Positions 11,734 through 26,610 are shown, counted from the stretch's first letter. The stretch: DNA of 64,000 nt from Microthyrium microscopicum (GCA_010405405.1 MU004233.1:1005122-1069121), one strand, 5' to 3'. Made by a program: numbers and translations. The notes: generated from the sequence alone by a model not told the origin.

Positions 11734-13091
11734 CTACTGCTGTATCAAAGCGCTCGACTTGACGACCAACTGCTCCATCGGTTTGTCCGAGGCAGCGAAA
11801 TTTAGGAAAAACACACCCATCTCATCCGCCTCGAGCTTTTTGCCTGTCTGGTCCTGCGTTGGACGTGGTGGGTGCTTTTCGCCGTCGTAGTAGCTGACCA
11901 TTTGTAGCTTGTCGCCCTTCTTTACGGGAATTGGTTTGGTGCATTGCGTCATTTCTGTGATTACGTCCCAGTCTTCTTGGGGTGCTTGGGCATCGAGAGT
12001 GTCGCGCTTGTGGTGGTGCCCACCGCCGCCAGCGCCGGAGGATTTGGTGTAGATGGCTTTGGAGTCGCAGACGACGTTGCCGTTGACTGTGAGGACGATG
12101 TGGTCGCCGCCGTCGTGGAGATGGCCTCTGACAGGTGTGTTAGCCCCGGTCTTCTTGTAAGATACGGATAGACTTACTTGGCGTTTATGATGTAGCCGTT
12201 ACTTGGGCTGGGAACTGCCGCACTGCTAATGTTATAGACTCGAGTCTTGGGGTGGTAATCTGGGAAATCACACCCAGTGACTGAAAACATGGAAACACTA
12301 GCATCTGCAGCCGTATCCGCGCTGCCCTTCATGTATTCGTACTCCATGGCGATGAAAACCTTCTGGTCTTCCTCACGATAGTTCACCAATTCACTGGTCA
12401 TTGCCAGCATTGGCTTATTCTTGATGCCATAACCACTGTTGAACTTGCCATCAGGCGTCGTAAACCAATTAGGCGCTTCGTCGTTCCCGCTTATGATGAA
12501 GCCGACCCCTGGAAATGTTCCAAGGAAACCTTTCTGGCCGTCACATAAATAGACCGGGAATGTGCGTTTGGCGGTGTCGACGACGACAATGTGGTGCACG
12601 TAGACGCCGCTGCTGGCGGTCGCGCGCGTGCCGTTTTCGAAGAAGAGGTTGGCTTTGCCGTAGAGGACGGTACAGTTCGAGCAGAAGCCTGTGAGGGGGC
12701 GGGTGATTTGGACGCCGCTTGGGTCCATTTGTAGAGGCATGCCGGTCATGTGGAAAGCCTGGAAGGTATTAGTTCCCGGGCCTAAGGGTATGGGTTTTCG
12801 AAAGTCACACTGACCTTGACGGATGGCAGTGTGTATGGTCCGAACCACATGCGTTCTCTGCTTGCATCTTTGCGAATGAGTGGATTGAGTCGCTCTACTT
12901 TCGCTGCTGGCGGCGCAAAAGCACTCATCAAATCGCCCAACTGTCGGCGAGCTAACATGATCCATTTAGCAAGATATTCCTTATTCACTGAAACATTTCA
13001 TCCTACCCAACTTGTTGGTAACATCGTTTAAAGACCCAGCAGTGGCTTGTTGGACCGCCACTAACGACGCAAATATTGATGTGATTTTCAT
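11734..13091 (-). CDS. Secreted protein of unknown function with His/Met motifs resembling type II copper monooxygenases; introns 12952-13006, 12759-12814, 12128-12177
   Basis: Signal peptide MKITSIFASLVAVQQATA. The spliced product contains WFGPYTL, VYVHHI, KGHLHDGG, VVCDSKAIY and DEMGVF. All three introns have GT-AG ends and branch sites. Confidence 0.8.
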
Positions 13092-14394
13092 GATGGTAGA
13101 AAATGGCAGTATACCTCCTTGCGTAACGCAAGTGAAATCAACCTGGTGGAGGACGTATATAAGATGTCCTCACAGAGCCCTTTCACAGACCTCCGGGGGA
13201 AGCATATTAGAGCTCGTACGTCTATTATTCCCCACAGCAAACGTTCAAGTCAGTCCCCCTCCACATGATTTGGTAAAAATTGGGGTATAGACACAATGGA
13301 ATGGCTCGAGTTGCGTACACGCGCGGTTGGGAAGCGTTTCAATTTGATAGTAATGAATCAATATTACTTTTATAGGAGGCCCTGTTTCGGCATGATTGCT
13401 TGTGACAACGCCGATCTATTAACCAAAGTAACGAAGCTTAGAGAATCAGCCCTAAGATAGTACCGTCTTGCGCTTAGTTCGCAGAGATAATACAGTCTTT
13501 GGTGGAAGTGGTACCGCGCACATAGAGGGCTATATACAGCTTAAGGTTGCTTGTTCTTCAATGGGCGAACCCTGCTCCGGTTCTGGTCCACTTTGTCCGC
13601 CAATGTATACGCCGATAGCTCTCCATCCTTTTGCTTTTACCTGTCAGTCAGGTCCATGGATCGATTCTATGGGCGTGGGACAGACCACCCTAAACAGGTA
13701 CGTAGGGTGCTAAACTTTATAGATCGATAATAAGCATTAGTATATACATATGTAGACTGGCTACGGTTTCGAGCTTCTCTGATATCGTATCCTAAATCCA
13801 AGAGACGCACATGAAATCTCATAAATATGGGTATCAAATATCCCAAGCGATTGCATTGAGACAGTAGGTAGGTAAGATGCCCAGTCATTTCTGGCCCCCC
13901 CTTTCAACTCGAGAATTGTCGTCAACCACCTGCGAATCGAGGCACAGATGTCTTTTTTTTAAGTCAAGCTGCCGCAATGTAAGGCTCGAGTGATTTAGTC
14001 AGGTCCATTCAGCTCGACCGGCGGGCATTTGCTGCAGTGTCATGAAATGAGAGGTTCTTCCGGGTTGTCTTTCATTCCGCGTATGAACGAGTATTTGCTG
14101 CTATAATGTGGGATTATATGGTGCTGGCTTCGGCTTGCTGTATATTTCTCTTTTAGTCGGTACTTTTGTTGACAAGTATCAGGCTAGGTGTATACAGCTA
14201 AAGCTGAGAAAAGTTGCAGTCGCAAATCAATACATTTACCATCAATGTGCATATCAAACAGGAACTTGATTCAGATGTCCTAGCGTATAAGACTTGAGCT
14301 TGCGGTGTTCAACGATACCAACAATATAGGTTATTGTTCGAAGTTCAAACTTCACAATACAGCTCTTGTGTGAAGACTCGGGCCCCCTTAATTT

Positions 14395-14695
14395 TCTATG
14401 ATTTCCGACAAAAGATCTTTACAACATCCATACCACTGCACTTCCACACCATTGATCGTTGCTACTCAGACCTGGCATGATGGAGACTTGTCGGTATGGC
14501 ACTTTCCATACAAACATGGCAAAGATTGATACCCCTTGCCTCACTCATCCTGAACGATTGAATTCCTTCCGTTACTTTCCTACCTGGTAGCTTCAACACC
14601 GATCATTATCCCAAACCAGACTAGGAACATGGCTGGGACCACGACAATGCTAGACGCTAGAGCTACGAAATGATATCGAACTATTTCTACAACCA
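14395..14695 (+). pseudogene. Possible 5' part of a host gene interrupted by the LTR element
   Basis: Removing the element and one TSD joins ...EMISNYFYN to HHPGEAATP... in frame. This side carries four in-frame stops, so support is weak. Confidence 0.3.
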
Positions 14696-14835
14696 TGAAA
14701 AGGCATAATATAAATCGTGTAGTAGTAGTAAGATAGTATTATTAAAGTTCTCCCTTTAAGGGAGAATATATAAGCTAAGACTACCTACTAAAAATACTTT
14801 AACGCCTTACTCTTTTAAGAAGATATCTTATATTA
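14696..14835. repeat. Left LTR of outer Gypsy element
   Basis: Colinear direct repeat of 33028-33167, differing by transitions. Confidence 0.92.
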
Positions 14836-16379
14836 TATACTCTTATTTAAGAAAATAACTTATCGTCTTTAATAATATATAAATAACTATAGTCTAATAG
14901 AATACTAAGTAGAAGAGTTTAAGATTTCTAATTAATTAAAAATAAATATATAATAACTTAGTTTTCTTTATTTTTCTATATTAAGGTAATTTTATATCTC
15001 TTCTTAAAGGCTTAGATTAGTTTTTTCTTAAGATTATATATAAGTTCTTAAGTTATATTACTTAATAAGTATTCTATCTATTTAATAAGGTATTTTTTAT
15101 ACTATTTAGTATTATATTCTTAGCTATAGACTTATTAGTATTTAAGTAACTTCTTAATATTCTACTACTTTTTATTATTATCTTTAATAACTAATAATAA
15201 TCATAATAGAGAAAAGTATTAAAAAGAATTTATAATATAGTTAGAAGCTAGCTTAATATATTTAATAAAAATAATTAAGTATATTTTTAAAAACTTAGAA
15301 AGATCTAATTTTATAATATTACTAAATCTTAAGACTCTTTTAATAATATATAGACTAATTCTTTTTATACTAAACTTACCTTATTTACTTAGTACTTTAT
15401 ATTCTTTATATAAACCTAGCTTAGCTAAGATAATATAAGCTTTCTTTTTTTATCTTAAATTAAGAGCCTTAAGTTACTAGTTATTTAATACCTTTATTTA
15501 AAGTCTTATAAAGGCTAAAGTATTAGTAGCTTCTCTTTACTATTCTTTTCTTTATTAAAGAACCTCTTCTTTAAAGAGATTATTAGAGTTTAAAGCCTCT
15601 ATAGTAAACTCTACTCTAGTACTATAATTCTTTCTATATATTATTTTATATAGTAAGTATCTTATAGCTAATATAAGTAAGAAGTTTATTTATTTTACTA
15701 AGATTAGTAACTAATCTACTTAGCTTTTAATTCTATTAGTAAGTTAGAAATATATAGTAATCTCTACTATTTAATTTATTTATTTAGATTAGCTATTAGT
15801 TTATAAATAATACGCTATTAATACTATATATACTATTTTTTATATAGTAAATAATACTTACTAAAAACCTTTAAGAAACTTTAAATTTCTATTAGAAATT
15901 ATAGCTTAAAGAAATAGCTAGTTTATATACTTAACGTAGTATATATAAGCCTATTACTCTATAGTTTAGTTATCTTAATTAAGAACTAAGAAGATTACTT
16001 TAGTATATTTATTAGTAATAGTAAATAGTATATTAAATCTATTATTCTTAGAAAGTCCTATAATAAAATTAAAAGTCTATATATAGAATATATATAATAC
16101 GCTATATATAGGTTTAGTATTTCTATAAAGCCTATACTATTATATCTATACCTAATTATAATAAGAATAATATTTAATATAGTTTCTAAGTAATTAAGGA
16201 AGTTCTTTAATATAGAAGTTTTAATTAATATAATAATAGTATTTATAGTAGTCTATATAACTTTATTTATTATATATTACTAGTAGGTAAAGTATCTCTA
16301 GTACTACTTTACGTAGTAGTATTAGATAATACTAGTAATTAAAAGTATTAAGATTCTAGATAAGTCTATTATTATTCTT

Positions 16380-16601
16380 TATAATGATTCCTTATAGTAC
16401 TAAGTGTTAAGAGAGATCTTAGTATTGCAAGATTACGCGCTAGACCTAAAAGGATTAGCGCGTCTAAGGTTCTGCTAAGTAGACTTACTTCCCTTGTAGA
16501 TCTGTAGTAGTTCTAGATCTTCTTCCTCTCTTCCTTATACGTAGATTCTTAAATACTAGCTAATTATCTACTTAACTCTTTAAGTTCTACTACTTATTAT
16601 A
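16380..16601 (+). repeat. 5' LTR of inner Gypsy
   Basis: Direct repeat of 24054-24275. Confidence 0.92.
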
Positions 16602-19600
16602 TAATCTACGTACTACAAAATTGTTACGCGCTTATACTACGTATTAAAAGCATTGTTTAACGTAGGTAATATCCTATTACTCTCTATATAGATAATATTC
16701 TATTATACTTTACGCGTAGGGCTTTAAAATTTTAAGTTACTATACTAAAATCTAATAATACTAAAACTAATTAGTACGTTAGGATTTCCTAACGCTAGTT
16801 GTCTTAGTTAGTATTAGACTAATAAAAGGTCTAAGCTTTAATTACCTCTTAATTGCTTATATATAGAAATACTAAATTTGTCTTCCTTACTATAATCCCT
16901 CTAAATATTATCTTTAAACTAAAATTATTCTTAACTCTAAATCTCTTTTATAGCGTTTGTTAATTAAAGACTCTAAAAAGCTAGTAAGAATTTATCGCTA
17001 TTATGAGTAATTAAAATCCTTTATTACTATAGGGTAGACGTAGAATAGATAGTTGTCTATATTAATCCTTATTACCTTAACGTAAGGCTAACTAGCCTAA
17101 TTATTATTAATCTCTATCTTCTTCGCGTTACCTATTAATTTTAGGTTGCTCTTTTACTATGCTAAATATTAGCTAGTTAGATACTTAGAATACTATATAG
17201 GTATTATAATTTATAGAGAAGCTACCTATATACAACTAGGAACTATAGAAATTATTAGTAAACTTTAATAAAGATAATAATAACTAGCTACTTAGGTTAT
17301 TATAAAAAGAGAGTAAGGGAAAAGCTCTAATTCGTAATAATAAAGGAGTAGGATCCTTAAAATAGTATATTAAAGGTACTACTTATAAAGAAGATAAGGA
17401 ATCTAGAAGTAAAGGAAAAGGTAATGTTACTAAAATCTATAGAACCTTTAAAGACAATATAGGTTTACTATAAAAAATTATTAAATAGTTAGTAGTTATA
17501 TAAAAGAATCTAGAATTAGTAGATATCTCTCTAATATTTAAGAGCTACTATATAGTTACTATAGACTTAAACTATATTATTAATTTCTTAGTAGATTATA
17601 AACTATTATAATTCTAAGCTATAGTGTGCTAAGCGTTACCTAGTAAAGAAGGTTAGAAGTTAGAGCTTACTCTACTAATAGTATAAAAGACTCTAGAAGA
17701 CTTAGAGCTATTATATCGTAATTACTTTGTTATCTAATCTAGCTAAGGCCTTACTTGTACTCTAAAAGGTGGCCTAGACTTAGATAAATTTATTATTATG
17801 TTATTTAACTACTACTTAAAGATATAGGCTATGTTCTACCTTTATAATGTAGAGTAAGATATAAACATCTTCTAAGCTAAGTAGTTAAATGAAGAGAAAG
17901 CCTATAATGCCTAACTAGAGGAGGACGCTAAATAAAACTAGAACCTAGTAGATAATCTTATAAAAGTAAATAAAGATTGTTAAGTAGAGATCTTATAGCT
18001 AAATGTTAGACTCTAAGATAGTAATATCTTTTTTAATAAGAGAGTTGTTACTTATAAAACTATAAATAACCTCTAGTATAATAATGCTTTCTTAAAAGAT
18101 ACTATTACGTTTTAATTCTCTAAACTAGATTAGTTCTAAATTATACTTTAGTAGAAGGTTAATAAAGTTATAGTACTTTAGGTATAAGTTAAAGCCCTCT
18201 AAAAGTTAAAGGCACTTAAGAAGATAAATAACCCTTACGTTAATCTTAATAAGAATATAGATAACGACTTGCTACGCTCTATATTAGTTAGTTCTAATTT
18301 AAACTTAAATTACTAGTCTTTGCTTAAAAGTTTAGCATCTTGCTAATTTACTTCTAATTCTTTAATATACGCTATAAGTAAAAGTTTTAGAGAATGAGGA
18401 AAAAAGCTTACTAAGTTTAATAGAAAGAATAAAGATAAGTACTATGTATAAAAAGCTAAAGTACTTAATTACCTTAATAAGAACGTACTTATATATAATA
18501 TAGAGTTATCTAAGATTTATTTAATTTAGAGATAGATAGATAAATAGGTCTTTATTACTATTAAGGAGTAAAGTAAGTAAGACTCTTATAACCTCTACCT
18601 TTACTTAAAAGAGGTATAAGTAGACTTAGACTATAAATATACTACTAAGGATAGTTTTGTAAAAGCTAAAGCTTAGCTAAAAATACTAGAAGCTTAAATA
18701 AAGGCATTAGAAAAGGTAGAAGAATACCTTACTTATTTCTTCTCTAATTCCTATAAAGTAAGATTATTAGACAAAGAAAAGATTATTAAATTATATAACC
18801 TACTACTAAAATATTTTATTAATTACTTGCTATTTATTAAACTAGACTCTTACTCTAAATTTATTAATAACCTTTACGAGGTATCTTGCTAAATAAAATA
18901 TTAGCCTTCTATAGAAGCTAATAATAATAGCTACTCTAACTCTAATAGCTCTTATGAAGGCTATAGAGGTAGAGGGCGTAGAAACTATAATAGTAGTAGT
19001 AGTACTTATAATAATACTATTAATAATAATAGTAAAATTATATATTTATAAGAAGTCTTCTACGCTCTATAAAAGAATAATTATTATATCTAGTATAGAG
19101 AATAAGAATATAGCTATTAGAAAGTAAATGCTCTATACGTAGGTAAAGATCTTCTTTCTAATACTAAAATTTGTACTAAAGTTACTTATATAGCTACTAC
19201 CTTTGCTATAGTATTTATATAACTTAACTCTAACTCTTTATGTATTAATAGCGACTTAGAAAACTAAAAGCTTTTTTGTATAGACGTATAAAGAAGCTAA
19301 ATAAGTAAGAAGTGTATAACTATTAAAAAAAGAAGAAATACTAAGTATACGTATTAGATCTAGAGAATAAGCTAGAGACCGTCCTAGTTACTAATAAAAT
19401 ATTAAAATATTAAGCTTATATATCTAACCTAGACTTAGATAATAAGGAAGGGAATAAAGACGCACTAAATTATAACTTTAACTTTAACCTAGAGCTAAAT
19501 CTAGAGCTTAAAGAGAAGACTTAGTCTAAATATTTAACTATAGAGGAATAAACGTTTAATAAAGAACTTATTTTTACTAAGGAATAAATTTAGAGTATAG

Positions 19601-22600
19601 TCTAAGATACTATTAAATAACTATAAAAGCTAGTAGAGTAGAAGTTTATAGTAATCTAAATCTCTTTAGCATCTATTGCTAATAGTTTTTGTCTAAGAGA
19701 TGTTTTAGAGATATTTATAGTTAGTAATTAATAGACTACTAAAAGTATAGCTTATTTACTAAAAGTAGAATACTACGTCTAAATTAACGTATTAATTAAT
19801 ATAGGAAGTAAAGTAATAAATATTATGTATCTAAGCTTTATTTATTAATATAATATTCTTATAATAAACCTATCTACTCCTTAAGTAATACAACTTACTA
19901 ATAGTAAAGTAGTTATTAGAGTAGATAAAGCTACTATAGTAAATATATACCTTAGTAAGTATATTAAGCAAATCTACTACTTTATTATAGACGTTACTAG
20001 TTATAATATTATTCTTAGAAATCTATAAGTAAATCTCTATAAGGTTACTCTTAAAGGAGGTAAGAAGGAAATCTACTTTAACTCTACTTATTGCTTAGTA
20101 AATTACTTACTCTATAGTTACCTAATATTAGTAGATTATAAAGGCTATTTTTATAACCTTACTAACCCTTTATTAGATAAGAAAGACGTTGTTATAGTTA
20201 GTATAGTAGCTTTTATAAAAATGCTAGAATAAGGATAAGAATTTAGTAAAGTATAGCTAGAAGATTTAGATAAAGATAAAGATAAAGCGTTACTAGATTT
20301 TTTTATATTAGAAATATTAAAAGAGAATATTATAATTAATCTTTTTAAGATATTTTTAGAAGATTACGAAAAATAGCGTAAGAAGTATAATTAGCCTTTA
20401 TTAAGCTAGGAAGAAATCTTAAAGAAATTGCTAAAGGAATTTTATTACTATATTAACGTCTTTAACTTAAAGCTAAGTAATAATTTAGTATTATATTATA
20501 GTAAATAGGACTACTTTATTAATATTATCTTTAACGCTACTATTTCTAAGTAAAGATATAATATCCTCTTATATTAAGAATTGCTAGTTATTAAGTAGTA
20601 TATTAATTAAATACTTAGCTATAATTAAGTTTAAGCTAGTAAATCCTACTTTGCTGCCCTAATATTATGTATATATAAACCTAGAGGTAGTATTTACGTC
20701 TATATTAATTATTAAGGCCTAAACGAAATTACTTAGAAGAATTATAACGTCTCTCTATAACTACTAAAAACCTTAGCTAGAATATACTATATAAAATTCT
20801 TCTTAAAATTTAACGTTATTATAGCCTTTACTTATATCTAAATTAAACTAGAGGATAAATATAAAACTATATTCCTTACTTATTATAGTCTTTATAAATT
20901 TAAGGTTATACTATTTAGCCTTACTAAAGCTTTAGGCACTTTTTAAGTATACTTAAATTATGTCCTTATGGAATACCTTAATAACTTCGTTATAAGCTAT
21001 ATAGATAACTTCTTAGTCTTTAGTAAGAGCTAAGATTAATATATTATATATATCTATCTTGTCCTAGAAGCTATAGATAAGGTAGGCCTCTATCTTAATA
21101 TTAATAAGTATAATTTCTTTACTAAATAAATTAAATACCTTAGCTTTATTATTACTACTACTAGTATTAAAATAGATCTAGATAAAGTTAAAAGCGTTAC
21201 TAAATAGGCTTAACCTTTATTAATTAAAGATATATAGGCATTCTTAGGCTTTACTAATTTTTACTACTATTTTATTTATAGTTACTTCTAAATTGCCACC
21301 TCTTTTATCACTTTTACTAAAAAAGATATAATAATAATCTTTCTATAGGATCTAGATAGACCTAAGGACTATATATTTAAAAAGCTAAAAAAGGACTTTA
21401 CTACTATACCTATTCTTTACTACTTTAACTATATAAAAGAAATATAGCTAAAGATAGATGCCTCTAATTAGGTATACGTTATAGTACTCTTCTAGAAAGA
21501 TAAAGAAGGCAAGTTATAACTTATTATATTTCTATTAAAAAAGATAAGTTTTACTAAGTATAATTATAATATTTATAATAAAGAGTTACTAGTAATTATT
21601 TGCGCCTTTAAAGAATAGGAACTAGAGCTATTCTCTATAGTAGATATAGTTAAGGTGTTCTTAGATTACTAGAACTTATAAACCTTTATGACGACTAAAA
21701 AGCTATCTTGCTAATAGGTAAGATAGGCTAAATTCTTATCCTAATTCTACTTCTAAGTTTAGTATTGCTTTAGTCTATTTAATAGTAAAGCTAATATACT
21801 TACTTGCTAATTGTAAGATCTACTTTAGGATAATAATGACTTATAGGTCTCTTAATAAGTCTAATTGCTATTATTCTCTTACTAATTTAATATTCTCTAC
21901 GTTATTAAGCTAGCTTTACTATTAGTTAAACTAGTAATACTATTAATTATGTACTTAGCTACTATTATTTAGAATAAGTTAGATATCTTAACCTCTATAG
22001 AGGAGTTAATAGATCTTATAAAGAGGTTAGCTAGTAATAGAAGACTATCTAGGAAGGAGTTAATAGAACTCTTAGGAGATAATAAATCTCTAGATTTTAA
22101 TAGCGATTAGTTTATATAGGATATAGTTTAAGAGTCTATTAGTAATAAAACTATAGAAGTAATCTAATAGGCTAAAGTAAACTACTAGATGTATTTACTC
22201 TTTAATATATCTAAGTAAGAAAGCATTGAGTTAGGTAACTATGTAGTTACTATAGATAATATAATTCTATATTATAATTATATCTTTATTCTTTGTAGTA
22301 AATTGTGTTGCTAAGCTTTATTCTTTGCTTATAGCTATAAAGTTATAGGCTATAGAGGAGTAGCTATAACTTATTATTATTTATAAGAGACCTATTAATA
22401 GCTTAGAATATTATAAGATATAAAGATATATATAAAGGGTTATAAATATATCTTTATTAAACTAGTATAATAAAAGAAGTAAGGATTCTTAAGAAGCTTT
22501 CCTTTACTAGAACGCGCTTAGTTAGATATCTCTATTAACTTTGCTATTTTATTACTATATTGCTACTACTAGGGAGTAATCTACTACTATGTTATAGTTA

Positions 22601-23926
22601 TTATAGATCGTTATATAAGAATGTGTCGCTTTATTCTATTGCTAGACTTCTCTATAGAATCTATAGTTTTGGTATTTATTAACTATATTTAGAGATTAGT
22701 AGGTTAGCCTAAAAGTATCCTCTTAGATTGTAGTAGTTAATTTACCTTAGCCTTTTAGAAACGTTTATATAAGCGTATAGGTACTATTCTTTATCTTAGT
22801 ATAGCTTTCTATCTAGAAATAGATAGTATTACTAAGATCTTTATAGCCGCCCTAAAGTAGTATTTATAAGCCTTTGTTAATTAGGATTAAGATAACTAGG
22901 TAGCTTTACTACCTTTTGTAGAATTTATAGTTAACTTGGTAGTTAATGCTATAATTAGAATTATACTCTTTTAGGCTTAGAATAGCTTTAATCCTTAATT
23001 AGGCCTTAAAGCTATTTATACTATTCTTTACTTATTCTATACCTTAGCTACTACTAATAAAGAAGAAGCTAACGCTAATATTATATAGTAAGGCTAGATA
23101 GATATATATAAATACCTTATAAAGTAACTTACTTAGGCTTAGGTATAGTAAGCTAAGTATGCTAACCGTTATTATTAAGCTGTACTAGATCTATAGCTAG
23201 GTAATTAGGTACGATTAGATACTTATAATTACTCTACTTCTTGCCTCTCTAAAATACTTAATAGTAAGAGCTTAGGCCTTTTTTATATTATTAAAAAGAT
23301 TAATGCTATTATATATAAGCTAAATCTACTCTCTTTAATAAAAATATATAATATCTTCTATGCTTAGGTCCTCTACTATATTATAGATAACGCTAAACTC
23401 TTAAAATATTTAAATCCTTCTTTTGTAATTACTAGTAAAACTAAAGAAACTATAGAATGGTAGGTAGATATAATTATTAATAGCTATTATAAGCCCTAGA
23501 CTAAGAAGAAAACGTTATAGTATATAATTAAATTTATAGGCTATAACGTAGTAGAATAGCATAATTAGTATAACGCTAAAAACGCTCTAAATCTAATTAC
23601 GAAGTTCTATACTTATTACCTTAATAAGCTAGGTCTTTATCCCTCTTAGATCCCACTATAGCTAGAGCTTACTAAAGATAATAATGTCGTATATAACTCT
23701 AATAGTATCCTTACTAATTAGCGCTAAAAAGTTTGCTTTCTTTATATTACTAATACTCCTATTTAGTATAGATACGCTAGCCCTTAAACTACTAGGACTT
23801 AAGAACTAGAGTATTCTAGAGATATCTTAAAGTTTATTAATACCTCTTAATAGTTGCTTTAGTAGGCTAGAGGTTAAGATACTTTAAACGTTTAATTATT
23901 AGCGTTATATTATAGAAGGAATTTAT

Positions 23927-24000
23927 TAGACTAGACTAAATTAGACTAGACTAGACTAGACTAGACTAGACTAGACTAGACTAGACTAGAATGGACTAGA
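23927..24000. repeat. (ACTAG)n pentanucleotide microsatellite in the 3' UTR of the inner Gypsy
   Basis: More than ten tandem units are visible. Possibly RIP-derived from (ACTGG)n or (ACCAG)n. Confidence 0.9.
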
Positions 24001-24053
24001 AGAGTAATAGCAAGCTAAGATAGCCTAAAGAGCTATTCTAAAGGGGAGGGTTA

Positions 24054-24275
24054 TATAATAATTCCTTATAGTGCTAAGTATTAAGAGAGATCTTAGTATT
24101 GTAAGATTATATGCTAGACCTAAAAGGGTTAGTGCGTCTAAGGTTCTGCTAAGTAGACTTACTTCCTTCGTAGATCTATAGTAGTTCTAGATTTTTTTCC
24201 TTTCTTCCTCGTACGTAGATTCTTAAATACTAGCTAATTATCTACTTAACTCTTTAAGTCCTACTACTCGTTATA
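24054..24275 (+). repeat. 3' LTR of inner Gypsy
   Basis: Follows the PPT; direct repeat of 16380-16601. Confidence 0.92.
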
Positions 24276-26610
24276 TTCTTAAAGAAATGTAATTTAAGAG
24301 ACTCTTTTATAGGTAATATATTAATTAATAATTTCTAGTATATATTATTCTTATAGCCTTTAATAATTATTATTTTCTAGGCTTCTTTTATATATATAAG
24401 GGTAATATTATAAATATAGGTATTACTTAGTCTCTCTAAGTCTAGTTCTAAATTTAAATCTAGTTTTATAATTAGTAATCTTAAGAGTATATTAGAAATA
24501 GTATTTTATTTACCTAGTTTATATTAAATATTAACTCTAAATTACTATATAAATATACTTACCTTTATTAAGTTTAAATTATTTCTTTTTAGTAATATTA
24601 ATTTAAGAGAAGTTTATTTTAAAATCTAAGTTATAGTAATATAGTCTATAAAAACTATTATCTAAAGATTAGAAGCTTAAATCTAAGTCTTAACCTTACT
24701 AATTAACTAAATTAGACTTAATACCTTAAGCTAGGTTAAGTAGTATTATAATTTAATTAAAGTAAATATATATAAAAGAAAAGCTAATAATAAGATCTTT
24801 AATTACTTAATCTCTTTACTATCTATTAAATCTTCTTTAATATAGTACTAAACGCTACTATAGCCTTTTTTACTTAAATTAACGTCTCTATAAAGGTACC
24901 TATTAGTATTAAAATAATATAGAATATTTAAAGCCTTACTTTTTAAGTAAGTTTATAAGGTATTAAATATAAGCCTTAGCTTTAGTATCTTTTTAATATA
25001 AATATAATATATAAATACTATATATCCTAACTTACTCTTAAATATATCTTTAAGAAGCTTAGTCTTTTTAAGTTTAAGAAGCGTAGCTATTTATATATAT
25101 TAATAAATTATAATTCTTAGCTATTTTATTACGCTATTAAAGTATTCTAACTATACTAAAGTCTTTAAAAAAATAAGAATAGTTAAAGTAGAGATTTACT
25201 CCTCTATATAGCCTATACTAGTTCTTATAATTTACTTTCTTAGAATTATTACTATAAGGAATCTAATTATTACTTTTTCTACTACTAGCGTAATATTATT
25301 CTTATTATACTTATTAAGAAAAGTTTTAATATATAAATAATACTCTTTAAATAAAATACTCCTAATAATATAGTTATTAATATAAGCTCTTAGCTAGATT
25401 TAGTAAAAGTAGAAGAGTTAGTTATTATAATATTATATATAAAGTAGAGAGTTATAATAGCCTATTAGTACTATATTTATATACTCTATACTATAATATA
25501 TAATTACTATAAAAAAGTAATAATAATCTTTATTAACTATAAACTAGTTAAAAAAACTTTTTTTATTAAAATACGTAATATAAGTTTTTTCTTTTAATAT
25601 TTCGTAAATATCTAATATATCTAGGATTAGATAGTTATTATAAATTATAAGTCTATTTAATCCTCTTATATCTTAAACTAGTCTACCTTTATAAGTAATA
25701 GTTCTATTAGCCTAGTAGAAATTCTTTTAAATAATAAATATTAGCTAAGTAAATAATATAAAGTCCTTCTACTAGTTTATTTTTCTATCTTTATAAGCTT
25801 AGTTATAGATTTTATTAATTAAAGCCTCTCTTATAAGTTCTACTAAATATAGTTTATTTCTTAGCTTTTAATCTATAGCTATACGCTAGTTAATAATTAA
25901 AGGAATTTTTAATTAGTCTTTTTCTTCTTACTTAACTAGCCTAATATTCTTTAAAAATACTTTTAAATATTATTATAAAATTTTATTATATACTTTATAT
26001 TATATATTATTTTTAAAAGCTATTATACTAAATAATAGTTTTCTAATATTTTTTAGATCTATATTAAAATATAGTTCTACTTTCTTTACTAGAGTTTATA
26101 AACTAGCTAAGTACTAAGAATTAATTTACTTTATATTATTTTCTTTAGCTTTTTCTAGCGTAGTTTAATTTAGATTTTTCTATCTAAATTTTAGCTATTT
26201 CTCTCTTAGTAATATAATATACTTATTATAAACTTCTAACTATAATAATATATTCTACGTAGTATCTAATATATTTTATTTATTTATACTCTTAAGTTAT
26301 AATCTTTTATAAATAAAAACTAGTAGTAGGATTTTTTAGTTACTTAAAGTTTTTAGTAATATTAGTAACTTTTTTAAAATAGCTATATAGTCTACTAGAG
26401 CTAAACTTTTTAGTAAAGTTTTAAAAGCTTTAGAAATTTCTTAATATATAAGAATAGCTTAAATAAAGATTATAAGAGCCTATTATAAAGCTATAAGAGC
26501 TAAGCTTATTTAAGAAATATTTTTATTACTTATTTTAGATCTATGAATTTTTTACTAAAGTATAAGAATTAGCTTAAGTAAAGCTAGGATTAGCTACTAC
26601 TACTTTACTA

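Larger units (their letters stand above)
16380..24275 (+). mobile_element. Inner RIP-degraded chromodomain Gypsy (chromovirus), 7.9 kb
   Basis: 222-bp LTRs at 16380-16601 and 24054-24275, TSD TTCTT (16375-16379, 24276-24280), PPT AAAGGGGAGGG ~24040-24050. De-RIPed motifs: RT DYRGLN ~20705, MPFGL ~20910, YIDD ~21000; RNase H TDAS ~21455 and YDKELLA ~21575; integrase SDRG/STAFHPETDG ~22720-22830; chromodomain ~23450-23620. Confidence 0.92.
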
